This document shows positions 28,854 to 39,060 of a DNA stretch of 64,000 nucleotides, piece after piece (positions within the stretch are counted from its first letter, which is position 1; each line of letters opens with the position of its first letter). The DNA lies in the IMG/VR virus record IMGVR_UViG_3300027659_000014, positions 1 through 64,000 of that record; one strand, written 5' to 3'. Both the position numbers and the translations under genes were made by a program. This DNA is from a virus. Under the pieces are notes generated by a model. That model was not told the origin of the DNA. It saw only the letters and a list, made by a program, of their open reading frames with translations, and ran no database searches.

Positions 28854-29123
28854 TTATAAAGATTGTACTTGTTCCATAATGCCAGTAACCTCTTCTCGAC
28901 TCAAGTAACCAATAACATCATTTGTTATAGGCGTATCATAAGTTAAGTCACCATCCTTACCAAGAACTGCAATCTCAAACAAACCAGTTTTACCGCCATA
29001 TGAATGTGTATGACATACAACAGATACTCCGTATCCATTTTCAAACACCATTTTACATTTCACCCCAATTTGGTACGGAGAATCTTCAATTTTTTCAAAC
29101 TCTAAATCTTCAAATTTTTTCAT
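28854..29123 (-). CDS. Conserved phage hypothetical protein
   Basis: FENGYGVSVV...SYGG..GLFEIAVL...YDTPITNDVIGYL; TACCTTTG promoter at 29153-29160. Confidence 0.7.
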   Translation of the reverse strand: MKKFEDLEFEKIEDSPYQIGVKCKMVFENGYGVSVVCHTHSYGGKTGLFEIAVLGKDGDLTYDTPITNDVIGYLSREEVTGIMEQVQSL

Positions 29124-29321
29124 AATATATTTTTTAATTTTTAATTACAGAACAAAGGTAATACTTTTTTTTAAACTGCCAAACAAAAAATAAAAAATCC
29201 CATAATTTTTTTAAAAAAGTTATGGGATTATCTTTTTGATTAACCATTAAATAACTAAGAAAGAGGATTTTGGTTGTTATTTGTACGATATAAATATACT
29301 ATAATTTATTAAAAGTTAACT

Positions 29322-29741
29322 TTATTGTAAATTTTTAACAATTATTTTATAAAATTCATCTGTTTTATTTGTAATTGGTAATTCATCAATACTATAATAT
29401 CCACACTCACTATGTTCCCCACCATCTTTTGCGTTATCTAGATCTGGATATATCTTATCTTCAACCTCAAGACCATAGACATACATAAAACCTTTTAGGT
29501 AGGTACCGTCTTTGTTAAATCTATCAACAAACCCAACCAAATTTAATTTATCGTTGATTTTAATATTTGTTTCCTCAAAAAATTCCCTACGAGCAGCCTC
29601 TTCAGGTGTTTCACCATCTTCTATTCCCCCACCAGGGATTGACCATTGATTTGGCATTGTGTTGTCACTACTTCTTTTACACAACAATACCTTGTCATTA
29701 CATTTAACTAATATTCCAGAAAATCTTTTGTTTTTTTTCAT
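29322..29741 (-). CDS. Nudix hydrolase
   Basis: Nudix box GGIEDGETPEEAARREFFEETNI. Confidence 0.9.
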   Translation of the reverse strand: MKKNKRFSGILVKCNDKVLLCKRSSDNTMPNQWSIPGGGIEDGETPEEAARREFFEETNIKINDKLNLVGFVDRFNKDGTYLKGFMYVYGLEVEDKIYPDLDNAKDGGEHSECGYYSIDELPITNKTDEFYKIIVKNLQ

Positions 29742-29762
29742 ACCTTACATATTTATATATAT

Positions 29763-30119
29763 ATGGAAGTAATAATAAACAATAATCTTTTTAATGTCAA
29801 ATCTGCAATTACCGATAAAGACATTCAAGATGGAATGAAAGGTAAAAAATTTGATGACGAATTTAACGGTATGTTATTTGTAATGAATGAAGGTACTCAT
29901 TCATTTTGGATGAAGGATTGTACTACTTCTTTAGATATTATTTTTATATCAGATGAATCAATAATAAAAATTTACTCGGATTGTCCACCTTGTCGGGAAC
30001 AAGACGATTCGAAATGTCCCCGATATGATGGTGTTGGTGATATGATCTTAGAGATCAATGGTGGTGACTGTATTAAATACGATATCACCGAGGGTGATTC
30101 AATTTTGATTAAAGAGTGA
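29763..30119 (+). CDS. DUF192 family protein
   Basis: GMLFV...HSFWMKD...LDIIFI...PPC...ILEINGG. Confidence 0.85.
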   Translation: MEVIINNNLFNVKSAITDKDIQDGMKGKKFDDEFNGMLFVMNEGTHSFWMKDCTTSLDIIFISDESIIKIYSDCPPCREQDDSKCPRYDGVGDMILEINGGDCIKYDITEGDSILIKE

Positions 30120-30956
30120 TTTTTGAATTCTAAAAGGTTCAACTCTATCTTTCGCAATTTTTGTGTAATTTGGAGATAACTCAATTCCAACCCAACGTCT
30201 TCCCAATATTTCAGCAGCAACCAAACTAGTTCCGCTACCAGCAAATGGATCTAAAACAATATCATTCTTATACGATAAAATTTTAATTGCCTTTGTTGGG
30301 ATGTCCATTGAGAATGTTGCCTTAGTCATTGACTTAGTATCTGCAAAATAATTCCACTGACCAAAAACAAGTTCCATGAACTCTTTCTTATCATTTTCTT
30401 CATAAACAGTTTTCTTTTTGGTGGTCCCGTCTTCTTGTTCAACATCAGTTGGAACACCTGTCCATTCAGGTTGACCTTTTACTTTTTTAATGTGTTGTTT
30501 TTTATACGCTAAAATTACACACTCTTTTGGGTTATAAATGTATGGGCTAGAAGGACTCATCCAAGAACCCCAAGCGGTTGTTTTACTTCTATGTGGAGAG
30601 TCTTCTTCAAGATCCACAACACCAAAGAAACCATAACCAATTTCTTTCATAATTTGCCACATTTCTGAAAGAAATAAAATTCTACCTCCCTTAGTTTGTC
30701 TATTGATCTCATAAGGAATGTTCAAGGCAATTCGACCGTCATCCTTTAAAACTTTGTAAGCCTCTGTTAACCAATCTTTGGCGAACTCAATATACTCCTC
30801 AAACGCAACATCATCGTCATGTACATCATAATCGATTCCAACACCATAGGGTGGGGATGTTACAATTAAATCCACACAACCTTCAGGAAATGTTTTCATT
30901 ACATCAATACAACTACCATTAATAATTTTACCAGTAATGTCTTCTAAATTCTTCAT
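30099..30956 (-). CDS. DNA methyltransferase, N4-C/N6-A beta class
   Basis: TSPPY catalytic motif precedes VLDPFAGSGT SAM-binding motif. Confidence 0.92.
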   Translation of the reverse strand: MKNLEDITGKIINGSCIDVMKTFPEGCVDLIVTSPPYGVGIDYDVHDDDVAFEEYIEFAKDWLTEAYKVLKDDGRIALNIPYEINRQTKGGRILFLSEMWQIMKEIGYGFFGVVDLEEDSPHRSKTTAWGSWMSPSSPYIYNPKECVILAYKKQHIKKVKGQPEWTGVPTDVEQEDGTTKKKTVYEENDKKEFMELVFGQWNYFADTKSMTKATFSMDIPTKAIKILSYKNDIVLDPFAGSGTSLVAAEILGRRWVGIELSPNYTKIAKDRVEPFRIQKSLFNQN

Positions 30957-31025
30957 ACTTTTTTTTTAATTAATTAAACAATTTTAATAAACCTAACTAT
31001 AATTTTTTTTATTGTCAAATTTTTA

Positions 31026-31310
31026 TTAAACTATTTCTGTAATTATTTGTGCTAATTTATATCCTGCAAATGCTCCCGCAGCGGCTGAACCAGGAAGAAC
31101 TATAAACTTACCTAAAATTGTGTCATATTTTTTTCTGTTGACAATATACGAAATTAAAACGTAATACAGAACATAATTTATTAAAACTAAAAAGTCCAAT
31201 TCTTTTGCAACAAACACAACAATAGAATTACCTAAAAACCCCCACATAAAATTTATGAAAGTTTCCCGTAGTAATTCACTTGGTGTTGTGATTGCGTCTA
31301 AAACTGAAAT
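31026..31310 (-). CDS. Small membrane protein (start uncertain)
   Basis: Three hydrophobic segments in the C-terminal part of the ORF-track 31026-31421 frame. Confidence 0.5.
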   Translation of the reverse strand: MSVLDAITTPSELLRETFINFMWGFLGNSIVVFVAKELDFLVLINYVLYYVLISYIVNRKKYDTILGKFIVLPGSAAAGAFAGYKLAQIITEIV

Positions 31311-31329
31311 TTCTTTACTAAATCCTGTT

Positions 31330-31599
31330 TTATTTTTCGATGTTTTCAATGTGGTGTTGGATGTACCATAGGGCTTTTCTGAGGTCTTCAAGTTCTGTAT
31401 CTTTTCTTTTTTTTCCTGCACGGCTAATATATTTTATTGCATTTCCTAAACTAAACCCCAAATCCCAAGCATCAATAACTTTTATTGCTTCGTATTCATT
31501 ATTTTTTCCCCCATAATGTTGAGGATGATTTACTTGTTCTATTTTTATCGGTGGACACTGACAAAGTCCGGTTCCACCACATACACATTCTTTATCCAT
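31330..31599 (-). CDS. DUF3310 family protein
   Basis: VNHPQHY...EAIKVI...FSLGNAIKYISRAGKK...EDLRKALWYI. Confidence 0.85.
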   Translation of the reverse strand: MDKECVCGGTGLCQCPPIKIEQVNHPQHYGGKNNEYEAIKVIDAWDLGFSLGNAIKYISRAGKKRKDTELEDLRKALWYIQHHIENIEK

Positions 31600-32723
31600 T
31601 ATTCTTCTTTATATTCGTTTAATAATTCATCATTAGAAATTGTACCATATTTACCACTAAGATTATTTGTGTCAATATTTTTAGTCATCATGGTTTTTAT
31701 ATCGTATATTTGTTTTGTTTCGTGGAGTGATTTAACAATCTCAAAAATAATTTTATATGGGTCTGCGTTTGATCCTGGTCTTCTGTCTTCAAGATATCCT
31801 TTCCATTCCTCTGCGGTTTCTTTTGGAACTCTAATTGATGCTCCTCTATCAGAGACACCCCAACTAAACTTATCTATTGATTGTGTTTCGTATTCACCAG
31901 TAAGTCTTAAATTATTGTTTGAACCGTAAGATTTAATGTGTTGACGATGTCTTGATTCAAATGCGTTAAACAATGACATAAAATATTCTTTATTTCCATC
32001 ATTTCTCATAATATCTGTTGAAAAATTTGTATGAAGACCAGACCCATTCCATTTACCATGTGTAATTGGTTTTGGGTGTAAATCAATGTGGTATGAATAT
32101 TTCTCTGAGGTTTTAAAAAGAAAATATCTTGTCATCCAAAGATCATCTCCACTTTTTAATTTTTCTTTAGATAATACTTGGTATTCCCATTGTCCTAACG
32201 CAACCTCAGCATTAACTCCTGTAATATCAATTCCATAATTTAAACACATATTTAAATGTTTATCAACAAAATCTCTTCCAACAACATATTGACCAACTCC
32301 ACAATAATATTTACCTTGTGGTTCCAAGTTGTTTTGATCATGACCTAAAACGCATTTGTTTTTTTTGTCGTATATAAAGTATTCTTGTTCAAAACCAAAC
32401 CAAAGATCTTCAAAACCTTCACCAATACTTGATCTTTTATTTGACTCGTGTGGTGACCCATCAGAATTTAATACCTCACATAAGACATATACGGTTGATT
32501 CCATATCTTTAAAATAATGTCTAACAGGTTTTAAAATACAATCTGAACTTCCTGTTTCAGCCTGTAATGTTGAAGACCCATCAAAGTTCCAAATTGGGAA
32601 ATTTCCATCAAGAAACGCTTCCTTAATAGATTGATAGTCAACTATTTTTACCTTACTTCTAAGATTTGGTTCTGGTTTATATCCATCTAACCACACATAT
32701 TCTAATTTAACTTTCATATACAA
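31599..32723 (-). CDS. glnII: Glutamine synthetase type II
   Basis: EYVWLDG, WNFDGSST.QA, GFEQEY, PQGKYYCGVG, NAEV..GQWEYQ, WNGSGLHTNFST, RLTG.YET, RGASIR.P, YLEDRRP.SN.DPY. Confidence 0.92.
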   Translation of the reverse strand: MYMKVKLEYVWLDGYKPEPNLRSKVKIVDYQSIKEAFLDGNFPIWNFDGSSTLQAETGSSDCILKPVRHYFKDMESTVYVLCEVLNSDGSPHESNKRSSIGEGFEDLWFGFEQEYFIYDKKNKCVLGHDQNNLEPQGKYYCGVGQYVVGRDFVDKHLNMCLNYGIDITGVNAEVALGQWEYQVLSKEKLKSGDDLWMTRYFLFKTSEKYSYHIDLHPKPITHGKWNGSGLHTNFSTDIMRNDGNKEYFMSLFNAFESRHRQHIKSYGSNNNLRLTGEYETQSIDKFSWGVSDRGASIRVPKETAEEWKGYLEDRRPGSNADPYKIIFEIVKSLHETKQIYDIKTMMTKNIDTNNLSGKYGTISNDELLNEYKEE

Positions 32724-32725
32724 TT

Positions 32726-33508
32726 TTAAAAATTTAATTCTTCTTTGTTTTTTTTATAATTTTCAATCATTTGAGTTTGATTAATGTAGGTAATCAATTT
32801 TCTTTTAAACAATGGAAGAAGCGTTTCATTTATTGGGAAATTCGCTTCACATAACATTTCATACAAAGGTAATTTTGATATATTATCTTGATTCCATTGA
32901 CTAAATGTATTTATAATTTTTGTAATTGTCAAATTATTTTTTTTTTCAGAATAAATTAAATTTACTAATGTTTTACTTTCAGGTGATTTTTTATTTACTT
33001 GTTTAACATTAAATTCCCAAACATAAAACAAATTATCTTTTGAGTCTAAATAATAAAAATATCCTTTTTTTTGTAAAACCTCATTTTTGTTTTTTTTTAT
33101 TCTTAAAATTACACTATCAAACACTATTTCCCAAACAGATTTAGCAATGTTAAAATATTCTAACATTCTTGGAGCACTATATGTTAATATTTTGTTAAAT
33201 TCTTCTTTTTCCTCATTGTTTAATATTGGGATGTCTTTTATTTTTAAATCTTTTACTAATAATTCATCATCTATTGTTGTAAATTTTTTATTAGTATACA
33301 TTATTTTTTTATCTCTGATTAAATTTTGAAGATTTGCCACGTGTAATGACAACTCAATGAATCCAGGATAGAGTTCCATATTATCTAATTTTTCCCCCAT
33401 TTTTTGAAAGTAAGATAATAATTTATACTCTTTGTGTTCTTGATCAATGGGTTTTTCAAACATCCATTCAGTGTTCATTAAAAATTCTATTTTTTTCTTT
33501 TTTTCCAT
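32726..33508 (-). CDS. Hypothetical protein
   Basis: 260-aa ORF (PIDQEHKEYKLLSYFQ). Confidence 0.65.
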   Translation of the reverse strand: MEKKKKIEFLMNTEWMFEKPIDQEHKEYKLLSYFQKMGEKLDNMELYPGFIELSLHVANLQNLIRDKKIMYTNKKFTTIDDELLVKDLKIKDIPILNNEEKEEFNKILTYSAPRMLEYFNIAKSVWEIVFDSVILRIKKNKNEVLQKKGYFYYLDSKDNLFYVWEFNVKQVNKKSPESKTLVNLIYSEKKNNLTITKIINTFSQWNQDNISKLPLYEMLCEANFPINETLLPLFKRKLITYINQTQMIENYKKNKEELNF

Positions 33509-33549
33509 TACACATAAAGATAATAATATTATTTCATTCTGTAAAGGTA

Positions 33550-35082
33550 TTAGTCAGTTCTAAATACAATATAGGTATTTGAATTTATATTAACTTCTTG
33601 GTAATCCCCATCATAATGACTTATTACGCTATAGTCAGATTCATCAATTAAGTCACGTAGTAAACTTCTTGTATTAACAAAATTATCATAGTTCATACCA
33701 TAATCATCCAACCAAGATATCGGGTCAGACTCTATCTCATCTCTTTTTTCTTCCATAACTCGTTCAATATCATCATCACTTAAATCTCCATCAGGATTCT
33801 CTTCAATTTCTTCAATTTCAGAATCTATTTCTTCCGCCCTATTCTCAATTTCTTCAATCCTTGATTCATTATCCGATTCATGTTCTCCATCTTCATCTTC
33901 ATCTTCATAAGTTACTGACTCAACCTTTTTATTGTTTTGGTAAATTTGCCATTTATCGTCAGACCATTCAACAACTAATAAATTGTTCATATAATCTTTG
34001 AATTTAAAGTATTTCATACTTTCTATTCCTTCTTCAATAAGAGGAGATCTAGCCCCATTTGAAATTAAATAATTTTCTATCTCAAGAGATTTTTTTTCAT
34101 TTTTAAGGTTTATTATTTCTTGATCTTGTTCTTTACTAGTTTCTTTAGAAATATCATAATCTTCATAATTTTCATAAATATCGTCACGAATCGAATCTTC
34201 AAAATACTCATACACATCTTCACCATCAATGTGATTACTTAGTGTGCTTTTATCAAAATTATTTAAATCATTTACCATATCTTCATAATATTCTTCAATG
34301 GAGTCATCCACCTCACCTTCAGTACCAACAGCATAAGTATTTCCATTTGTATCACCATGAATTGATTTAAATACTGTCATTTTATAGTGAGAATGCCGAT
34401 CTTCGGGAACTAAACCATATTGATCATTATCTTTTTCCTTTAAGGCGTCAATATTTTCTTCTAACTCATCTCTTTCAGTATATAAATCATCTAAAATTTC
34501 ATCATCTTCCTCATTATCAATTTTTTCTTCAAGTTCCACCATTTGTATTTCTAAATCTTCTAATTCTTCACGTTCTCGTCCATCTAAATATCCAATATCA
34601 TTTTGTTGAACCATATAGTCAAAAACTGCGTTTGCCATCTCACTTATTTCATCTGTATTTTTTATATTCCATTCGTCATTTATTCTTCTTTCATTAGCGT
34701 CTTCCCTTTCTTGTTTTAATCTTTTTTTCTCAATTTCATCAGCATATGGTGTCATATGATACGCACCAAGTTTTTCAAATTTTACCCCGTCTAAGTTTTT
34801 TATTCCGGTATAAGGAATATCTAATTGTCCACTTACCGTTAAATCACCTAAACTAGTAATTTGTCTTAAACCATTTAATTTCAAATTACCATTAACTCTT
34901 ATTTTTTTACCTTTAAACATTGGTAATCTTGAAATAACTTTTGCATTAAAATTAACAGATACCAACAATTTATGATATTGTTCCGGGGTAATTTCAAAGT
35001 AATCATTTTCAGATTCTTCAACAATAATATTTTTTATTAAATTTATTAATTTGTTTTCTGTAATTTTTATAATTTTTTTCAT
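33550..35082 (-). CDS. Acidic coiled-coil protein with leader and short LRR-like segment
   Basis: MKKIIKITENKLINLIKNIIVEE; GNLKLNGLRQITSLGDLTVSGQLDIPYTGIKNL. Confidence 0.7.
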   Translation of the reverse strand: MKKIIKITENKLINLIKNIIVEESENDYFEITPEQYHKLLVSVNFNAKVISRLPMFKGKKIRVNGNLKLNGLRQITSLGDLTVSGQLDIPYTGIKNLDGVKFEKLGAYHMTPYADEIEKKRLKQEREDANERRINDEWNIKNTDEISEMANAVFDYMVQQNDIGYLDGREREELEDLEIQMVELEEKIDNEEDDEILDDLYTERDELEENIDALKEKDNDQYGLVPEDRHSHYKMTVFKSIHGDTNGNTYAVGTEGEVDDSIEEYYEDMVNDLNNFDKSTLSNHIDGEDVYEYFEDSIRDDIYENYEDYDISKETSKEQDQEIINLKNEKKSLEIENYLISNGARSPLIEEGIESMKYFKFKDYMNNLLVVEWSDDKWQIYQNNKKVESVTYEDEDEDGEHESDNESRIEEIENRAEEIDSEIEEIEENPDGDLSDDDIERVMEEKRDEIESDPISWLDDYGMNYDNFVNTRSLLRDLIDESDYSVISHYDGDYQEVNINSNTYIVFRTD

Positions 35083-35165
35083 TCAATAATAAATATTATA
35101 TTATTTACAAATTTAATAATATTATAATATTTATATATAAATAAACTATATAAAATTAAATTATT

Positions 35166-35306
35166 ATGGGATGCGGATGTAAAAAAAATCAGTCTGAAGC
35201 GGCTCCTCAGCCACAAACACCAGTTCAACCTCAACCACAAACACAAAATGTTACGGTTCAGGAATCTGTTAAAAAAATTGTTGAGAAATATTATAAAAAT
35301 AAATAA
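35166..35306 (+). CDS. 46-aa MGCGCKK peptide (missing from ORF track)
   Basis: MGCGCKKNQSEAAPQPQTPVQPQPQTQNVTVQESVKKIVEKYYKNK; TATTTATA upstream. Confidence 0.65.
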   Translation: MGCGCKKNQSEAAPQPQTPVQPQPQTQNVTVQESVKKIVEKYYKNK

Positions 35307-35376
35307 TAGTCGTTTATAATATTTACTTGAGTGGGAAATTAGTTTTCTCACTTTTTTTATATTTATTAAAAAAAAT

Positions 35377-36498
35377 ATGACGGTAAACAATATTATAGAA
35401 GAATTTAATGATGGTAATTGGGATAAAATATCTTCTATTTTTAATGGAAGAATTTTAACTTTTTTTAGATTTATAAAAGGAAAAAATTTATTAAATAAAA
35501 TAGATATAAATAATATTCCTTCTGATGATTTTAGTAATGAAGTGTTTGATTATTTGGTTGAAAGTGATATAATATCTAATTTAGAATATGATTCTGTTCC
35601 TGAATCGTTTATAAACAATTATTTACTACATGGTTTAGAACATAACTACGATAATACTATTAAGTATATTACAAGCAACCTTTTAACTGATGTTGAAATT
35701 AGACCTGATGGGTTCTATTTATATTTAGGTAAGGATAGAGATGAGTTGGCTTCTTTTTTCTGTGGTTCCTCCCGTCGTGACATTTCTCCTGAAGATGTTG
35801 CAAAACAAATATTTGACGGAGATGGTTTAAGTGACGATTGGTATTTTGATGTTGACACAAAACCATCTGAAGTTATTGACGATTTAGACGAAAAAAATAC
35901 CGCCCATTTAAAAGATGTTATTTTTAAAGAAATTGGTAATGTTGAATTATCTTTAGAAGATTATGATTCTGATTTTTTTGAAATCTTATCAGAAGATCAG
36001 GGAACTGAAGGTTATTTTAAAATTGGACCTGAAGACTTAAATGAATTAATTAAAGATTCCGAGGCAATAAATGAACTATGTAAAAATGATTTGAGTGAGT
36101 TAGGTCAAGAATTACAAAGTGTTTATTGGAACGCATATAATTCTGCTTATCAAAATGAAATATATGAATTAGTATATAATGGTTTAGATGAATACTTTGA
36201 AGGTAAAGTTGATGAATTCCCAAAAGAATATACCATGTCAGATGGTAAAAAACACTCCATATATGTAAATTATATTAAAATTAGAAATTTTGTTGGTGAC
36301 ATTACTTTATTTTTAGAAAACAATAGAGGCCAATCATATTCAGATTCATATTTAGATTATTTTGGTAGTTATACGACTTTGATGAAACAACTAATCTACG
36401 ATGGTGATTTTGAATGTATAGATTTTAGAACTCCTGATTATCCAGATTGGTCTGATATTCAAAAAGAGATAAACGAAAACTTTGGTCATTATATTTAA
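35377..36498 (+). CDS. Acidic hypothetical protein
   Basis: 373-aa ORF; TATTTATT upstream. Confidence 0.7.
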   Translation: MTVNNIIEEFNDGNWDKISSIFNGRILTFFRFIKGKNLLNKIDINNIPSDDFSNEVFDYLVESDIISNLEYDSVPESFINNYLLHGLEHNYDNTIKYITSNLLTDVEIRPDGFYLYLGKDRDELASFFCGSSRRDISPEDVAKQIFDGDGLSDDWYFDVDTKPSEVIDDLDEKNTAHLKDVIFKEIGNVELSLEDYDSDFFEILSEDQGTEGYFKIGPEDLNELIKDSEAINELCKNDLSELGQELQSVYWNAYNSAYQNEIYELVYNGLDEYFEGKVDEFPKEYTMSDGKKHSIYVNYIKIRNFVGDITLFLENNRGQSYSDSYLDYFGSYTTLMKQLIYDGDFECIDFRTPDYPDWSDIQKEINENFGHYI

Positions 36499-36567
36499 AT
36501 AAACTTTATATTTAAATAAACTATTTATTTATTCATTTATAATCCATATCAATTGTAAAAAAAAGAT

Positions 36568-37263
36568 ATGAGATTAATTAATAAAAATTCAAAAAGAGGC
36601 ATTGTTAATTTATTTGCCGAATTTATTTTATCTAAAATTGATAAAAATAAAGATTCAATAATACAAGTTTCTGATGTGGGATCTTTTTATGTTGTAAACG
36701 GTATAACCACAAGTGAAATTTTTTTAGATATAAATTTAATAAGAGATGAATTTACAGAAAAATTTAAAGAAATATTAATTGAGTTAAATATTAAATTACT
36801 TAATGTTGTTGACGTTATAAACTATAACCAAAAAATAAGTAACATTGAAACAGGTTGGGTTAAAGTTAATAAAATTCCATTTACACAGGAATATGAACCT
36901 TTAAGTGAAATTTCAATTAATTCTGAGTTTCCATATGGTCATAGTTTAAATTGTGGTAGATTAATGGTTTATTATACTCATTATATGTTTAACCAAGTTT
37001 ACAGTACAATTATGACTGATGAGGTACATTTCTTTTTCACAAAAGAATTAAATGACGATGAAGATTTTAACATTAAAATTTTACCTAAATCAGGTTTAGA
37101 TAAAACCATTATCAAATCTTTAATATTAGACTTATTTGACTTTGATTTAAAAGACTTTAAAACTAAAGTGGAGGGTTATGACCTTATTCAGGACATATTA
37201 GATCCTACGGGAGAAAAACCTTATTTAATTCAAGATAGATTGGAAGATGTTATTATCTTCTAA
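36568..37263 (+). CDS. Hypothetical protein, possibly a degenerate MetK-like fold
   Basis: 231-aa ORF with faint similarity by eye (VVNGITTS; LILDLFDFDL). Confidence 0.55.
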   Translation: MRLINKNSKRGIVNLFAEFILSKIDKNKDSIIQVSDVGSFYVVNGITTSEIFLDINLIRDEFTEKFKEILIELNIKLLNVVDVINYNQKISNIETGWVKVNKIPFTQEYEPLSEISINSEFPYGHSLNCGRLMVYYTHYMFNQVYSTIMTDEVHFFFTKELNDDEDFNIKILPKSGLDKTIIKSLILDLFDFDLKDFKTKVEGYDLIQDILDPTGEKPYLIQDRLEDVIIF

Positions 37264-37548
37264 TTACCCATTAATAAATTCTTTAATAATTTTTACTCCT
37301 TCATTAATATCTTCAAAATCTCTATCAGGAGCAAATAATCCAGTAATTGGATCATCATCGGGTGACTCTATTAACATAAATGATGGAACATACTCATTGT
37401 TAGTTACCTCAACAAATAAATTATATTCCTCCTCATATTCATGTATATCACGATCAACATACTCAACATTTTCTTTATCCAACATTTCTTTTAACATATG
37501 ACAAAACGGACATTGTTTCATCGTAAATAATACTACAACTTTATCCAT
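37264..37548 (-). CDS. Glutaredoxin-like protein
   Basis: FTMKQCPFCHMLK...VP motif. Confidence 0.85.
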   Translation of the reverse strand: MDKVVVLFTMKQCPFCHMLKEMLDKENVEYVDRDIHEYEEEYNLFVEVTNNEYVPSFMLIESPDDDPITGLFAPDRDFEDINEGVKIIKEFING

Positions 37549-37855
37549 TGATTAATTCTGTTAACATACCTTTTAGATCTTTTTCATTCAACATTCCCAC
37601 TTTTGTTTCAATAACATTCCCCCCATTTATTACTTTAATAGTAGGAATACTTCTAATACCTAATGATGCTCCAACCTCACGATTTAAATCTACGTTCATT
37701 GTAAACATTTGAACATCGGAAGTATTTTCTTTTGATATCATTTCAAAAATAGGTTTCATCATTCGACAAGGTCCACACCATTCCGCCCAAAATTCAATAA
37801 TTAATTTTTCACCTTTATTGATTTTTTCTTGTAATTCTACACTTGTAATTTCCAT
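37541..37855 (-). CDS. trxA: Thioredoxin
   Basis: FWAEWCGPCRMM...IRSIPT. Confidence 0.9.
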   Translation of the reverse strand: MEITSVELQEKINKGEKLIIEFWAEWCGPCRMMKPIFEMISKENTSDVQMFTMNVDLNREVGASLGIRSIPTIKVINGGNVIETKVGMLNEKDLKGMLTELING

Positions 37856-37881
37856 TTGTTTTATTATTTTAATATTTATTA

Positions 37882-38226
37882 TTAATCAGTTTCTTTTAGT
37901 TTTGATAAATTTTTTATAAAAAACTTAACTTCTTCTAATTGACTTACGTCGTAATAAACTTTTATTTTAAAATTTATCTCAGATAATGTAATCTTTGATA
38001 AATATAAATAGAATCCTGATCTATTTTTAAATATCCCATCGGAGTGTTTAATTTCTCCATTATATTCAAAACTATTAAGATATTCAACTTCAAAGTTTTT
38101 TTTTATTAAGAGTTCAGGTTCTATTGATAAAACACTGTTAACGTTAATTATTGCATATAATTTTTGATGTCTTTCTTTTAGAATATCTAAAAAATTTTTT
38201 TCTTTTGTAAAATATTGTTCTTCCAT
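37882..38226 (-). CDS. Hypothetical protein
   Basis: 114-aa ORF. Confidence 0.55.
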   Translation of the reverse strand: MEEQYFTKEKNFLDILKERHQKLYAIINVNSVLSIEPELLIKKNFEVEYLNSFEYNGEIKHSDGIFKNRSGFYLYLSKITLSEINFKIKVYYDVSQLEEVKFFIKNLSKLKETD

Positions 38227-38232
38227 TATAAA

Positions 38233-38988
38233 TTATAACATTAATTCGGCTGTCTCCCAAAGTTTTGTGTTTAATGTATTTAAAGTAATAATATTTTTTA
38301 ATCCTCTCAATCCTGTTTTACGTCCGGATTGTGATTTATATTCAATTCCACCACGGACAAATTTCTCTTGTACTACATTAAATACTCTCCATAGGTCATC
38401 TCCTTCATCTTCATTACGATTAGGTGTTAACAAGTCAACTAAATCAAGTGTTGAGGGTACTGATCCTGCTGTCCACCTAAGTTTAGATGCTTTTTGAACA
38501 AAATCTATTTTTTCGGACATAGTAAGTTGACGTTCCATCATTCTTCCAACAGACTGTTGAATTATTGGTAATTTTTTTGCAAAACTTTCAGTTAAACTTT
38601 TAACATCGTCAAGTTCAAAATTTTTGTGTCTAAGTTTAAATTGGTCAGCTACTGATGTTGGAACTGTTAATCCATTACTACATACTAATCTGTGAAGTCC
38701 AGAACTCATTGAGAATGAACACATACCATTGTGAGAGTTTCTAATAATCGCCTCAACTAAAGTGTCTCCAACCGATGGAAGTTGTTGATTACGAAACTTT
38801 ACTTCATGTACTGAGTGTATATCCTTACCATTTTGGTTAACTGATGAAATTTCCCACCCTTCTCTTTCAAAATATTCCATAATTTTGTCGGTAGGAACAA
38901 ATTGGTACTTGTTTGTCATTTTTGACGATGGGGATGTTGCAAAAATAGACGGTGCCATTGTTTGAATTAATTCTGTTGTATAGTTCAT
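38233..38988 (-). CDS. DUF932/DUF945 family protein
   Basis: APSIFA...YQFVPT...NSHNG...GLHRLVCSNGL...DLWRVFNVVQE; TATCTTTG promoter at 39012-39019. Confidence 0.85.
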   Translation of the reverse strand: MNYTTELIQTMAPSIFATSPSSKMTNKYQFVPTDKIMEYFEREGWEISSVNQNGKDIHSVHEVKFRNQQLPSVGDTLVEAIIRNSHNGMCSFSMSSGLHRLVCSNGLTVPTSVADQFKLRHKNFELDDVKSLTESFAKKLPIIQQSVGRMMERQLTMSEKIDFVQKASKLRWTAGSVPSTLDLVDLLTPNRNEDEGDDLWRVFNVVQEKFVRGGIEYKSQSGRKTGLRGLKNIITLNTLNTKLWETAELML

Positions 38989-39060
38989 ATTTTTAAATTT
39001 TAATTATACAACAAAGATAGTCTTTTTTTTTTAATCAACAATACTTTTTTTAAAAAAATT

